Shown here: positions 1-17,187 of the stretch, in pieces
How the letters are laid out: each line of letters begins with the position of its first letter
How positions within the stretch are numbered: the first letter of the stretch is position 1
DNA from: an uncultured delta proteobacterium
GTDB taxonomy: Bacteria > Desulfobacterota > RBG-13-43-22
Length of the DNA: 64,000 nt
Direction: 5' to 3'
Assembly: GCA_963711835.1 (NCBI GenBank)
Contig: CAVQFQ010000012.1
Coordinates: 32,001 to 96,000 of the forward strand
Translations under genes and position numbers: made by a program
The notes under the pieces: model-generated
Database searches by the model: none
What the model saw: only the letters and a program-made list of their open reading frames with translations
Told to the model about the DNA's origin: nothing

Positions 1-6080
<6,080 letters not shown>

Positions 6081-6224
6081 GCTTTACTCCTTTTATGAAA
6101 GAAAAGAAGTCAACTCGAGGCTGCCCCTTTAAGCGCTCAGGGCTTCCCGATAAAATACCCGGGGTTCGCCGAGGTCCGAACCGGGACCTGGGCGACCCCT
6201 CCAGGGTTCAATTTTCCCGGAATA

Positions 6225-6611
6225 CTACTTGATTTCAACCGTAGCCCCGGCCTCTTCCAACTGCTTCTTGATTTTTTCCGCTTCTTCCTTGGAAACCGCT
6301 TCCTTGATGGTATTGGGCAGGGTTTCCACCGCATCCTTGGCTTCTTTGAGACCCAGACTGGTAATGGCCCGGACTTCCTTGATCACCTGGATTTTTTTAT
6401 CCCCGGATCCGGTTAAGATCACCGAGAACTCGGTCTGTTCCTCCTGGACCGGGGCTTCAGCGGCCGCCATAGGCCCGGCCATGGCCATGACCGGAGCCGA
6501 GGCCTTGACACCGAATTTTTCTTCCAGTTCCTTAACCAGTTCCGACAGTTCCAGAACCGTCATGTTGGAAATAAAGGCAATCACATTTTCTTTGGTAATA
6601 TTTTCAGCCAT
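6225..6611 (-). CDS. rplL: 50S ribosomal protein L7/L12
   Basis: MAENITKE...[16 protein letters not shown]...[22 protein letters not shown]; start placed after GGAGG RBS. Confidence 0.98.
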   Translation of the reverse strand: MAENITKENVIAFISNMTVLELSELVKELEEKFGVKASAPVMAMAGPMAAAEAPVQEEQTEFSVILTGSGDKKIQVIKEVRAITSLGLKEAKDAVETLPNTIKEAVSKEEAEKIKKQLEEAGATVEIK

Positions 6612-6642
6612 CGTTTTTAATCCTCCTTGGTTTTCCTCTCCC

Positions 6643-7164
6643 TTAGGCCTGGGCTTTCTGTTCCTCAAGGGCCTTCAGGGTCAGCATGAATTTTTGAATA
6701 ATACCGGAAAGGGTCGAAACCAGACCCGTGGGCAAGGCGATCAGGGATGACAAAACCTGCCCCAACAACACCTCTCGTGCCGGCATCTTGGCCAGTTGCA
6801 GGATGGCCGCTCCGGAAAGGGGTTTCCCTTCCAGGACCCCCCCCTTAAACACAAATTTCTCCCGGTCCTTGGCAAAGCCGGCCAGGACTTTGGCCGAAGC
6901 CACGGGATCCTGGGTGCTCAGGGTCAGGCCGCAGGGGCCTACAAAAAGCCCTTCCAGCCCCGAAAGCGGGGTCTGCTCCGAAGCCCGTTGGAAGAGGGTG
7001 TTTTTTACCACCTGGTATTCATCTCCGCCCTTGCGCAATTCCCGGCGCAAGAGGCTCAACGACCCTACATTCAATCCTCTAAAATCGGTAACAAAAACAG
7101 CCTTGGCTTCTGTCAGGCGATGATGGAGGTCGGCCACGATCTTCTCTTTGTCCGTTCGTTTCAA
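6643..7164 (-). CDS. rplJ: 50S ribosomal protein L10
   Basis: DFRGLNV...LRRELR...VVKNTL motif; lies upstream of rplL. Confidence 0.97.
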   Translation of the reverse strand: MKRTDKEKIVADLHHRLTEAKAVFVTDFRGLNVGSLSLLRRELRKGGDEYQVVKNTLFQRASEQTPLSGLEGLFVGPCGLTLSTQDPVASAKVLAGFAKDREKFVFKGGVLEGKPLSGAAILQLAKMPAREVLLGQVLSSLIALPTGLVSTLSGIIQKFMLTLKALEEQKAQA

Positions 7165-7199
7165 TTCCCTTTTCCCTCCTTTCTCCTAAGGTAGATCTT

Positions 7200-7312
7200 T
7201 TATCAGTGAAAGACCGCAGCCCCGATGGCCGAATCATGACAATAACAGAGTCTCTGTAGGCTGGAACGATTCATTTATGGCCCCGAGGGCACCTACGGTC
7301 TTTGACTCTAAA
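7200..7312 (-). promoter_or_regulatory. L10 leader (autoregulatory RNA of rplJ-rplL)
   Basis: Minus strand reads AAAGACCGTAGG...TAAA...CCTACAGAGAC immediately 5' of rplJ, matching the L10-leader core as recalled. Confidence 0.7.
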
Positions 7313-7542
7313 ACGAAAACAACCTGAAGGGTTCAGGAAAACACCCGGGATCCTTCAAAAGCGATCCTTTGGACCCTGGAACCCTGTTTTATTTTGTCCT
7401 CATCCGGAAAAGATGTTTTTCAGATGAAGGCGATCAGCTTTCGGCCATCAGAAAAAAACGGTTAAACTTAATGGGTTGAGCCGACTGCTGGTTGCTGAAG
7501 GCTGAACGCTCCAGCCGGACATCCATAATTTCCGGCTGAAAC

Positions 7543-8247
7543 CTATTTAGCTATTTCCTTGATGAAGGAGGGATCCACTTTAATCCCCGGTCCCATAGTT
7601 GTTGAAATCGTAATGCTCTTCAAATAGGTCCCTTTGGCGCTGGAGGGTTTAAGACGGAGCAGGATTTCAAAAAGCGAGACGATATTAGGGATCAATTTTT
7701 CGCTCCCGAATGAAACCCGACCTACCGGCGCGTGGACGATTCCGTTTTTTTCGACCCGGAATTCGATCTTACCGGCTTTAATCTCCCGGATGGCCTTGGC
7801 CACATCGAAGGTCACGGTTCCGGTTTTGGCATTGGGCATCAGACCCCGGGGACCCAGAATTTTCCCGATTTTTCCCACCATGCCCATCAAGTCCGGCGTA
7901 GCCACGGCCTTGTCGAAGTCCATCCAGCCGCCCTTGATCTTTTCCACCAACTCTTCGGCCCCGACCTGATCGGCACCGGCTTCCAGGGCTTCCTTTTCCT
8001 TTTCCCCTTTGGCAAAAACCAAAACCCGGGTGGTCTTGCCCGTCCCATTGGGAAGGACCACCGCCCCCCGGACCATCTGATCGGCATGGCGGGGATCTAC
8101 CCCTAGACGAACCGCCATATCCACCGTTTCATCAAAGCGGGTATAGGAAGAGGACAGGGCCAATTGGACGGCCTCCTCCAAAGCGTAGCGCTTGGTTCGA
8201 TCCACCTTCTCCATCACGGTTTTATATTTCTTCCCTCTTGTTGGCAT
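7543..8247 (-). CDS. rplA: 50S ribosomal protein L1
   Basis: MPTRGKKY...[24 protein letters not shown]...[16 protein letters not shown]. Confidence 0.98.
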   Translation of the reverse strand: MPTRGKKYKTVMEKVDRTKRYALEEAVQLALSSSYTRFDETVDMAVRLGVDPRHADQMVRGAVVLPNGTGKTTRVLVFAKGEKEKEALEAGADQVGAEELVEKIKGGWMDFDKAVATPDLMGMVGKIGKILGPRGLMPNAKTGTVTFDVAKAIREIKAGKIEFRVEKNGIVHAPVGRVSFGSEKLIPNIVSLFEILLRLKPSSAKGTYLKSITISTTMGPGIKVDPSFIKEIAK

Positions 8248-8275
8248 GTTCCTTTTCCTCGTTTCTTGGTCTATC

Positions 8276-8698
8276 TTAGCCGATCTCAATGCCCATGCTT
8301 CGAGCCGTTCCGGCGATGATTTTTTTGGCTGCTTCGAGGGTGTTGGCATTTAAATCAGGCATTTTCAACCTGGCAATTTCTTCTATTTGGGCCTGGCTGA
8401 CCTTCCCTACTTTTTCCCGATTGGGGGTATTGGAGCCTTTGGCCACTTGGGCCGCTTTTTTCAATAAAATAGCCGCCGGGGGGGTTTTGGTAATAAAGGT
8501 AAAGGAGCGGTCCGCAAAAACCGTGATGACCACCGGAATGATCATCCCTTCCTGGCCCTGGGTCCGGGCATTAAAGGCCTTGCAGAATTCCATAATATTT
8601 ACCCCGTGCTGGCCGAGGGCCGGCCCGATGGGGGGTGACGGATTAGCCTGTCCGGCAGGAACTTGAAGTTTGATGTAGGCGATTATTTTTTTGGCCAT
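8276..8698 (-). CDS. rplK: 50S ribosomal protein L11
   Basis: [34 protein letters not shown]. Confidence 0.99.
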   Translation of the reverse strand: MAKKIIAYIKLQVPAGQANPSPPIGPALGQHGVNIMEFCKAFNARTQGQEGMIIPVVITVFADRSFTFITKTPPAAILLKKAAQVAKGSNTPNREKVGKVSQAQIEEIARLKMPDLNANTLEAAKKIIAGTARSMGIEIG

Positions 8699-8812
8699 TT
8701 TTATCTTCTCCTTCGAACGAATCTCCCTGGTACGAAACCTGCTGACGAAATGATCTGATTACCGACGGCTGTCGGGGACCTTTTTTCCGGAACAACCTGG
8801 GTCCTGAATTCC

Positions 8813-9343
8813 TTAGAGCTTGGCCACCTGGACGAAGTCGAGTTCGACCGGCGTAGCCCGCCCGAAAATGCTGATCAAGACCTTGACTTTTCCCTTATCC
8901 GGTTTCACTTCCTCCACCACGCCGTTGAAATTTGAAAAAGGTCCGTCAATGACCCGGATCTCGTCCCCTTCCTCGAAAAAAAACTTCGGCTTGGGACGGA
9001 TGGCCCCTTCCGCCATTTGCTCGATGACCTTTTGGGCCTCTTCATCCGGAATGGGCACCGGTTTGTTCTTGTCCCCCACAAACCCGGTGACCTTAGGGGT
9101 ATCCTGGACTAAATGCCAGGTCTCATCATCGAGCTCCATTTTGACCATAATGTAGCCCGGATAGAATTTTCGGGAGGAGGTTTTCCTCTCTCCCTTAACC
9201 AGCTCAACGACTTTTTCCGTCGGGACCAGAATATCGGAAAAGAAATCTTCCTTGCCCTGCCCCTTGATGCGATCCTCCAAGGCCAGTTTGACTTTATGTT
9301 CAAAACCCGAGTAGGTATGAACGATATACCATTTGTGTGCCAC
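8813..9343 (-). CDS. nusG: Transcription termination/antitermination factor NusG
   Basis: [12 protein letters not shown]-terminus and KOW domain ([16 protein letters not shown]...[10 protein letters not shown]). Confidence 0.98.
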   Translation of the reverse strand: MAHKWYIVHTYSGFEHKVKLALEDRIKGQGKEDFFSDILVPTEKVVELVKGERKTSSRKFYPGYIMVKMELDDETWHLVQDTPKVTGFVGDKNKPVPIPDEEAQKVIEQMAEGAIRPKPKFFFEEGDEIRVIDGPFSNFNGVVEEVKPDKGKVKVLISIFGRATPVELDFVQVAKL

Positions 9344-9360
9344 AGGCCGCCCCTCTTTGT

Positions 9361-9738
9361 TTACCGTTTTAAAATACTACCGACCAACTTGGCCAAGCCC
9401 ACATCCAATAACCCCAAAAAGAAAGAGACCAGGACCGATAAGACAATGACCATGCCGGTGGCGGCAATGGTTTCTTTCCGGGAAGGCCAGGTGACCTTCT
9501 TCAATTCGATGCGGACCTCGCGGAAAAACTCCTTGACTTTTCCGATCCATTGGAATTTTTCCGTCCATTTCGAGAGACCCGCCCCCGGGCTCTTTTCATT
9601 GATTCGTGGTTTCCTCAGGAGCTCTTTTTCTTTGGGTTTGAAATCCGGGAAATTTTTATGCTCGCCCGTCATCTTTTCCGGGGCTTTGGGCTCCGCTTCC
9701 GCCATCCCGTTTTTCTTTTTTGCTCTGAACTTTTTCAT
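9361..9738 (-). CDS. secE: Preprotein translocase SecE with a long basic N-terminal extension
   Basis: FFREVRIELKKVTWPSRKE motif plus one TM helix; between tRNA-Trp and nusG; start at MKKFRAKK is inferred. Confidence 0.92.
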   Translation of the reverse strand: MKKFRAKKKNGMAEAEPKAPEKMTGEHKNFPDFKPKEKELLRKPRINEKSPGAGLSKWTEKFQWIGKVKEFFREVRIELKKVTWPSRKETIAATGMVIVLSVLVSFFLGLLDVGLAKLVGSILKR

Positions 9739-9780
9739 GTTCTCTACAGGCCCTTTACCTCGATCTGGAATAGGAAAAAT

Positions 9781-9857
9781 TGGCAGGCCAGGAGGGATTC
9801 GAACCCCCATCACCCGGATTTGGAGTCCGGTGCTCTAACCGTTAGAGCTACTGGCCT
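9781..9857 (-). tRNA. tRNA-Trp(CCA)
   Basis: Cloverleaf with anticodon loop CTCCAAA, GTTCGAATC T-loop and encoded CCA end. Confidence 0.97.
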
Positions 9858-9886
9858 GCAGGACCAAACAGTCTAATGAAGCGGAT

Positions 9887-10036
9887 TTATTTGGTTTCCT
9901 TGTGTACGGTATGGGTTTGGCAAAAACGGCAGTATTTTTTAAATTCCAGCTTATCCGGGGTCTTCCGTTTATTTTTGGTTGTGGTATAATTTTTTCTCTT
10001 ACAGGTTGTGCAGGTTAAGTTTATAATATCGCGCAT
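9887..10036 (-). CDS. rpmG: 50S ribosomal protein L33, Zn-ribbon (C+) form, 49 aa; absent from the ORF track
   Basis: Manual translation [49 protein letters not shown]. Confidence 0.97.
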   Translation of the reverse strand: MRDIINLTCTTCKRKNYTTTKNKRKTPDKLEFKKYCRFCQTHTVHKETK

Positions 10037-10120
10037 GACTGATCCTAAATATTCCTCAGGGTCCGGGGTTCAAATAATGCCTCTATCGGGATTGGAGCCC
10101 GGACCCTTTGAATCCTTTCT

Positions 10121-11320
<1,200 letters not shown>

Positions 11321-11403
11321 CATAGCCTCCCATGGTTTTGAAAATTTTCCCGTAAAAAGATTTTACCTGAAAAACTCTTGTCTCCCATAACCCCAAAAAC
11401 AGG

Positions 11404-11480
<77 letters not shown>

Positions 11481-11539
11481 CCGACTATATGATCGCCCTA
11501 TTGTATTTCGGAATCCGAATGCTACAAAAAGGTTTTTGC

Positions 11540-11616
11540 TGGAGCGGGAAACGGGATTCGAACCCGCGACCCTCAGCTTGGAAGGCTGACGCTCTAGCCA
11601 ACTGAGCTATTCCCGC
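11540..11616 (-). tRNA. tRNA-Gly(TCC)
   Basis: Cloverleaf, anticodon TCC, CCA end. Confidence 0.95.
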
Positions 11617-11739
11617 ACAGGAGTAATATTATGAGAACCAGGGAACCTATGGCTGTAGTTTTATCAATAGGTTCTGCCTACCCTATCTCCTACATATGAC
11701 CGGCCTTTCCGGTCTTGGACACCATATCCGAAAGAAGGA

Positions 11740-11824
11740 TGGTGGAGGGGGGAGGATTTGAACCTCCGAAGGCATGGCCGACAGATTTACAGTCTGTTCC
11801 CTTTGACCGCTCGGGAACCCCTCC
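11740..11824 (-). tRNA. tRNA-Tyr(GTA)
   Basis: Long variable arm, anticodon GTA, CCA end. Confidence 0.95.
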
Positions 11825-11880
11825 TGAAAAAACCTTGCGGTAACTGGGGGTCCAAATTGTTTCGATTTTTTGACCTTACT

Positions 11881-11956
11881 TGGAGCCAGCGAAGGGATTT
11901 GAACCCCCGACCAACTGATTACAAATCAGTCGCTCTACCAACTGAGCTACGCTGGC
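11881..11956 (-). tRNA. tRNA-Thr(TGT)
   Basis: Cloverleaf, anticodon TGT, CCA end; canonical Thr-Tyr-Gly-Thr-tuf order. Confidence 0.95.
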
Positions 11957-11987
11957 TGGCAAAATCTATTAAATCCAGAACTTTCGG

Positions 11988-12016
11988 ATTATATATCCCT
12001 AAAATCCAATATTCAA
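11988..12016 (-). promoter_or_regulatory. Sigma70 promoter of the tRNA-tuf operon
   Basis: TTGAAT-17 nt-TATAAT, preceded by an A/T-rich UP-like tract. Confidence 0.8.
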
Positions 12017-12156
12017 GTACTTTTTTAAATTTTTTTTCCCTATCTTTTTTTTTAAAGAGGCCATAGAATGGTTTTGTTTTTTTTTACAATTATATTATTA
12101 AGTTAAGATACTGGAACCCGGTCTTAGCCGTCCGGGTTCCTCCTGGAGAACCCGCC

Positions 12157-12591
12157 ATGGATTCAGAAGAAAGGGTCCTATTGGCCCTTCAGCCGGCCTG
12201 GAGAAGCTACTTTATCTTTTATACCGCCATCTTTATTTTTGGTCTTGGCCCCCTGGTCAACCCTCAGGCCGGCCTGAACCCGGTCTTGGGGATGGTGCTG
12301 GCCATTTTCCTGGCTATGTTTGTCTGGCACCGCCGCACCACCACCTATTACAGGCTCACTTCCAAAGAGGTCATACGGGAAACAAAAGGATGGGGTCAAC
12401 CACAGCGCCAGATCCTGCCCTTGGCGGAGATTGCTGCCGTTGAAGCCCGCCGCGGCCTTGTTCACCGCTTCATAACCGTCGGCCACCTTCGCTTTAAGCC
12501 CCGATCCGCTGCTTATCCGGAAATCTGGTGGTTCGGAGTAGCCGATTCCCTTCAAATAAAAAAAGAAATCGAACGGATATTAACTAATTGA
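12157..12591 (+). CDS. Membrane protein with a bacterial PH-like domain
   Basis: Two TM segments followed by a TYYRLT...I..V...RG...R..G.L pattern; GGAG RBS. Confidence 0.65.
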   Translation: MDSEERVLLALQPAWRSYFIFYTAIFIFGLGPLVNPQAGLNPVLGMVLAIFLAMFVWHRRTTTYYRLTSKEVIRETKGWGQPQRQILPLAEIAAVEARRGLVHRFITVGHLRFKPRSAAYPEIWWFGVADSLQIKKEIERILTN

Positions 12592-12709
12592 TAACCGTTT
12601 AGATTTATGAAAAAAGGATGAGGGGAAGAGATATGAAGGGATCTCAGCAAGATTGAAATTCGTTTTTTCAAACAGGTAAGGCGTTACACCGGATAGGTGT
12701 CCAAAGGTG

Positions 12710-13216
12710 CTAAAGGAGTTCCTTGAGGGCCTGTTCGACATAGGAACCGGGAACCAGCCCATCAAATCGTTTGGTTGTTTTGCCTTCCCGGTTAATGATA
12801 ATGGTGGTTGGAACTCCGGAAACCTCATAATTTTCAGCCAGCTCCATATTTCCAAGCAAGACCGGATAGGGGATTTTCATATCCCGGACGAACCGCGTCA
12901 GGCCTTGAGGTATCCCGTCCGTATCCAGAGACACCCCCAGGATTACCAGCCCTTTTTCTTTGTTTTTATTATAAATTTTTATTAATTCAGGGATTTCGCT
13001 CCGACAGGGGGGGCACCAGGTGGCAAAAAAATTCACAAGAACCACCTTTCCTTTAAAATCGTTCAGACTGACCTTTTTCATGGCCAGGTCTTTTAGGGTA
13101 AAATCCTTGGCCGGCCGTTTGCCCTGGCACCAGCCCTGATTACTCGAAATAAGCAGCGCACCGGCCAGCACCAATACGGCGATCAGCAATCCCCATTTAT
13201 GAGTTTTCCGTTTCAT
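12710..13216 (-). CDS. TlpA/ResA-family thiol-disulfide oxidoreductase
   Basis: N-terminal signal/anchor, VNFFATWCPPC, GVPTTIIINREG. Confidence 0.92.
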   Translation of the reverse strand: MKRKTHKWGLLIAVLVLAGALLISSNQGWCQGKRPAKDFTLKDLAMKKVSLNDFKGKVVLVNFFATWCPPCRSEIPELIKIYNKNKEKGLVILGVSLDTDGIPQGLTRFVRDMKIPYPVLLGNMELAENYEVSGVPTTIIINREGKTTKRFDGLVPGSYVEQALKELL

Positions 13217-13224
13217 TATCGGAT

Positions 13225-13944
13225 CTAATCCTCCCAGTTTTCTACCTGCTCGATCAGTTGAATAAGGGCTTCAGCAGCGGCTTCCAGGCAGGCTGTTCCC
13301 TTTTCGAAACCGGCCTTGGTCGGATCCCCCCAGACCCCCCCCGGCCAGAATTTTCGTTTATTCCGAACCAGGATCCCTTTGGGGAAGGAGGGCCTTTCGG
13401 CCTGCCCGCCCTTTTTAACCCAGGCGGGCCTTAAGACCATCATGACCGAGGTTTCCAACTCCCCGGCATGGGAATCGTCCGGGGTTTCCAGCAAGGGGGC
13501 CCAGGCCGAGGCAGCCAGGTCCAAAACGTTCAGACTGGCCACCCGGGTCCCGGAAAGATTTTCCAAAATATACTCGCCGGCTTCGATCAAGGCCGCGGTG
13601 TGGGTTCCTCCGGCATGGCCGGAGAGGATAATAAAGTTTCGGATACCCTGGCGGTAAAAGGCCAAGCCGATATCCTTAATTAAGGCCCGCAAGGTATCCC
13701 CGCTGATGCTGATGGTCCCCGGGTGCTGGCTGGTACTGCGGCAAACCCCGTAATAAATGGCCGGAGCCACCAAGGCGCCGGTTTTTTCGGAGGCCCGGCG
13801 ACAGAGCTCATCGGCGTGGATGGTATCCGTACCCAGAGGGAGGTGCTCCCCATGTTCTTCAATGGACCCTACCGGCAAGAGCAGGGTTTGATTCTTTTTT
13901 ACCTGTTCTTCAAATTCCGTCATGGTTAAGGCTTCGATAAGCAT
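13225..13944 (-). CDS. Creatininase-family amidohydrolase
   Basis: LPVGSIEEHGEHLPLGTD, SGHAGG, HAGELETS, GVWGDP motifs. Confidence 0.9.
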   Translation of the reverse strand: MLIEALTMTEFEEQVKKNQTLLLPVGSIEEHGEHLPLGTDTIHADELCRRASEKTGALVAPAIYYGVCRSTSQHPGTISISGDTLRALIKDIGLAFYRQGIRNFIILSGHAGGTHTAALIEAGEYILENLSGTRVASLNVLDLAASAWAPLLETPDDSHAGELETSVMMVLRPAWVKKGGQAERPSFPKGILVRNKRKFWPGGVWGDPTKAGFEKGTACLEAAAEALIQLIEQVENWED

Positions 13945-14005
13945 GGTTGTCCATTTCCTTAAAGAGATCCCCCTTGAGCCGGAGACCGTTGCCAAGGGTT
14001 TTATC

Positions 14006-15697
14006 TCAGCTATCCAGGATCTCTCTAATCCTTCCGATTAATTCGTCTTCCCGATAGGGCTTCTGAATAAAGCCGCCTACCCCTTCCCTGAGGATTTCCT
14101 CGACCTCACCGTGGGTGCTGTACCCTGAAGACAGGAGGACCTTGATGACCGGATCGATTTCCCTTAACCTGAAAAAGGTTTCCTTGCCTCCCTGACCGGG
14201 CATCATGACATCCAGGACGACCAGGGCAATTTCAGACTGGTACTCCCGGTAAATCTGAAGGGCCTCCTCTCCACTGGAAGCGGTCAGGACCTTATAACCC
14301 ATATCCTCAAGAATGTCAGCCCCTAATTGGCGGATGATTTCCTCGTCGTCCACCAGCAGGATCGTTTCCGAACCTCTCCGGCCCCTTAAAGGAGGCAGGG
14401 AAGCGGAAGGGATTGGTAGCACCGGATGGGCAGGCAGGAAGAGATCGAAGGTGGTCCCCTTCCCTTCCTCACTTTGAAAATCAAGATAGCCGCCGTGATT
14501 TTGGATGATGCCGTAGACCATGGAAAGCCCCAGCCCGGTTCCCCTTCCCGGCTCCTTGGTAGTAAAAAAGGGCTCAAAGATCTGGGAACGGATCTCCTCT
14601 CCGATCCCCATTCCGGTGTCGGTCAGGCTGATTTTGACATACTCGCCCTCTTTCCAGCCGCGCTGTTGTAAAGCCAGGTCGTGGGAAACGGTCTGATTTT
14701 TCGTGACGATTCTTAGGGTCCCCCCCTGGGGCATGGCATCACGGGCATTCAAACAGAGATTCATCAGGGACTGCTGAAGCTGGATTCCATCCCCCTCTAT
14801 CGGATGCAACTGCGGGTCCAGATCAACCTCCAGGGTGATGCGGCGATCAATGGTCCGGCCCAGGAGTTGGATCAGTTCCCGAATCAAGGCGTTGCAGTTG
14901 ATGGGCTTGACTTCATATTTCCCCCTCCGGGCAAAGCCCAAAAGCTGTTTGGTCAACTCGGCGGCCTTTTGGGAAGACCGTTCAATATTGACGACCGGGT
15001 GGAACAGGGGATGGTCGGGAGTCAGCTTTTTTTTGACAAAGGAAGCGTACCCCAGAATCCCGCCTAAAAGATTATTGAAATCATGGGCAATCCCGCCGGC
15101 CAGGTTTCCGATGGATTCCATCTTCTGGGCCTGAAGGAGCTGTTCTTCCAGCTTCTTATGGTCCGTTATATCCCGGGCGATTCCCATGGCGCCGATGACC
15201 TTCCCGTCCTCATCGAGGATGGGGGCGGCGCTCCCTGAAAAGTAGCGTTTCTTTCCATCCTTTCGAAGGTATTGCCAGCGGATATTTTCAACGCTCTTGC
15301 CGAAAAACCTGACCTCCTTAAAAACCTGGACCAGAAAGTGGTGTTCTTCGGCGGGAGCGAAATGAACAAAATATTTCCCCAATACTTCCGATTCTTCGTG
15401 TCCCAGGATTTTCTTCCAATGGGGGCCGATATAGCTTAGGGAACCGTCCAAGTCCAGGGCAAAAATGATATCCGGGATGCTTTCAATCAGGGAGCGGTAT
15501 TTCCGCTCCGAGGCTCGCAGCTTTTCTTCGGAAAGGCGCAGGCTTTGGATGGCCTGCTGGTATTCGTCATCCCGGGGTCGCGCCCTTTCTTTCGGTTTTT
15601 TAGACGGCTTTTTTGTTTTCAAGGGGCTGCTTTTCATTCGAAGGGCCTCCGCTTTCCCTGGGCTATTTTCTTTAATTAAAACAACAAAGTCAATCAC
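14006..15697 (-). CDS. PAS-domain hybrid sensor histidine kinase with receiver domain
   Basis: [17 protein letters not shown]-box, FTTK..G.GTGLGL, C-terminal receiver (LLVDDE, LDVMMP); exact start uncertain. Confidence 0.93.
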   Translation of the reverse strand: MIDFVVLIKENSPGKAEALRMKSSPLKTKKPSKKPKERARPRDDEYQQAIQSLRLSEEKLRASERKYRSLIESIPDIIFALDLDGSLSYIGPHWKKILGHEESEVLGKYFVHFAPAEEHHFLVQVFKEVRFFGKSVENIRWQYLRKDGKKRYFSGSAAPILDEDGKVIGAMGIARDITDHKKLEEQLLQAQKMESIGNLAGGIAHDFNNLLGGILGYASFVKKKLTPDHPLFHPVVNIERSSQKAAELTKQLLGFARRGKYEVKPINCNALIRELIQLLGRTIDRRITLEVDLDPQLHPIEGDGIQLQQSLMNLCLNARDAMPQGGTLRIVTKNQTVSHDLALQQRGWKEGEYVKISLTDTGMGIGEEIRSQIFEPFFTTKEPGRGTGLGLSMVYGIIQNHGGYLDFQSEEGKGTTFDLFLPAHPVLPIPSASLPPLRGRRGSETILLVDDEEIIRQLGADILEDMGYKVLTASSGEEALQIYREYQSEIALVVLDVMMPGQGGKETFFRLREIDPVIKVLLSSGYSTHGEVEEILREGVGGFIQKPYREDELIGRIREILDS

Positions 15698-15739
15698 TAC
15701 TAATTATAATAAAGGAGAATACCAACGGGTAGAGCGGGG

Positions 15740-16141
15740 CTAACCGGCCATTCGGGTAAAGAGTTCAACGGAATGGAAGCGACGGATGGCGGCCGGAGCC
15801 GGCCAACTGACCTTGACCAGGATATCCGCCAAAGATACCGCGCTTCCTTTTTGCACCGATGTTTCTCGCTGGAAGACCGTCTGGAGGCCGCCGATCCGGA
15901 TGTCGGATTCAACCTGGGCTTCCAATTCCGCGTAAGGGGTGGCCTTCAAGATCTCGATCTTTTCCTGGGCCAATTGAAGAGCCACGGTATTTAAGTAACT
16001 GTATTGATTGGTCCTGATAACCGTCAGCAACAAAGCCGAGAGAAACAGGAGTCCGATACTCAGGATGCCCAGGGCCAGGACCAGTTCCAGGATCGTGAAT
16101 CCCTGATGGTTGGGAGCATCTCTCATCATCAGCTTCCTCAT
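15740..16141 (-). CDS. Minor type IV pilin / PilV-like prepilin
   Basis: Class III signal peptide QG|FTILELVLALGILSIG. Confidence 0.85.
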   Translation of the reverse strand: MRKLMMRDAPNHQGFTILELVLALGILSIGLLFLSALLLTVIRTNQYSYLNTVALQLAQEKIEILKATPYAELEAQVESDIRIGGLQTVFQRETSVQKGSAVSLADILVKVSWPAPAAIRRFHSVELFTRMAG

Positions 16142-16213
16142 CCTAACCGCCTTTCATTTAAAGTTCTTCTCCCTATAAGTTGGGAGTCTAAAATAATCCC
16201 AGACTAACATTCC

Positions 16214-16229
16214 AGCAAATTTAGGGCCA
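16214..16229 (-). promoter_or_regulatory. Sigma54 -24/-12 promoter upstream of the prepilin gene
   Basis: TGGCCCTAAATTTGCT matches TGGC-N7-TTGC spacing. Confidence 0.65.
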
Positions 16230-16455
16230 AACCGGCCTACCGGCCGGTGCAATAGAGGCGTTTGGCTCTTAGTGTAAATTAACAAATAAAATCATTGAGT
16301 TTCTAATGAAAAACCCTTCGCAGGCTCGTGACGGTCTTTCCTGAATTCTTAATCGCGCCCCCCCCATACCCTTCATTCACACTCCGGCGAAAACCTTGTT
16401 CTCAGAAATGAGACCCATTTTCTCCTTGACTTTCGGCCGGATTCCCGATAAATTA

Positions 16456-16471
16456 TCCATCAAACGATGGA
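16456..16471. promoter_or_regulatory. Candidate TetR operator
   Basis: Palindrome TCCATC-AAAC-GATGGA just downstream of a TTGACT...GATAAA promoter-like sequence and upstream of tetR. Confidence 0.5.
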
Positions 16472-16534
16472 AACATAAATTGGAGAAACCCGCTGGCCAC
16501 GCCCTTAGAGAAAGCCCGTAAAGACCCCGATTCC

Positions 16535-17131
16535 ATGAAGGCCCGGATCCTGACCGCGGCCCGCAGGATCTTCGGTGAATACGGCTTTCACGGCACGACC
16601 ACCCGCATGATCGCCCGCAAGGTAGGGATTGATATCTCAACCCTCTATTATCATTGGGGCGAGAAAGGGGATCTCTACGAAGCGGTCATTCTGGATATCA
16701 ATGAGGATTTGCGCCAAAAGCTCATCCAGGTGGAAGGCCTGATTCATGGCCTGCCCTTAAGCCAGCGCATGGCGATTTCCATTGATGAAATGACCGATTA
16801 TCTCTTTAAAAACCCCGAGGTCTCCAACCTGGTCCTTTTCCGCTATTTCGGCAAGACCCGCCGGGAAACCCATCTGGACTTTCAGGTCCCCGAATTCATC
16901 TCGGACATTGCCCGCTCCATGGGTCTGTGCCGGGATAAGAAGAGCGTGCCGGTTCGGGCCCGGATGCAGGTCCTGGCCATCATGAATGCCATCCATAATT
17001 TTATTTCAGGAGAGAATTTTTTCCGCCCCATGCTCAAGATAGAACGCCGGGAATACATGGCCTTAGTTAAAGAAACCTTAAAATTTGTTTTGATTCCTGC
17101 CTTTACCCAATCCGAACCCAGGAAAGGGTAA
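16535..17131 (+). CDS. TetR/AcrR-family regulator (true start may be CTG at 16493)
   Basis: ILTAARRIFGEYGFHGTTTRMIARKVGIDISTLYYHW HTH. Confidence 0.92.
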   Translation: MKARILTAARRIFGEYGFHGTTTRMIARKVGIDISTLYYHWGEKGDLYEAVILDINEDLRQKLIQVEGLIHGLPLSQRMAISIDEMTDYLFKNPEVSNLVLFRYFGKTRRETHLDFQVPEFISDIARSMGLCRDKKSVPVRARMQVLAIMNAIHNFISGENFFRPMLKIERREYMALVKETLKFVLIPAFTQSEPRKG

Positions 17132-17187
17132 CGGGGAGGCTTCAGGAGTGATCACGAATCCATCACCTTCACAAGGAGGGAGAAAAA

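Noticed and set aside
9113-9838. 241-aa plus-strand ORF and other ORFs over the ribosomal and tRNA cluster
   Set aside because: Antisense to nusG, secE and tRNA-Trp; no protein features
13225-13944. Mycofactocin peptidase MftE / RiPP cluster
   Set aside because: No precursor peptide, MftB or radical SAM maturase adjacent
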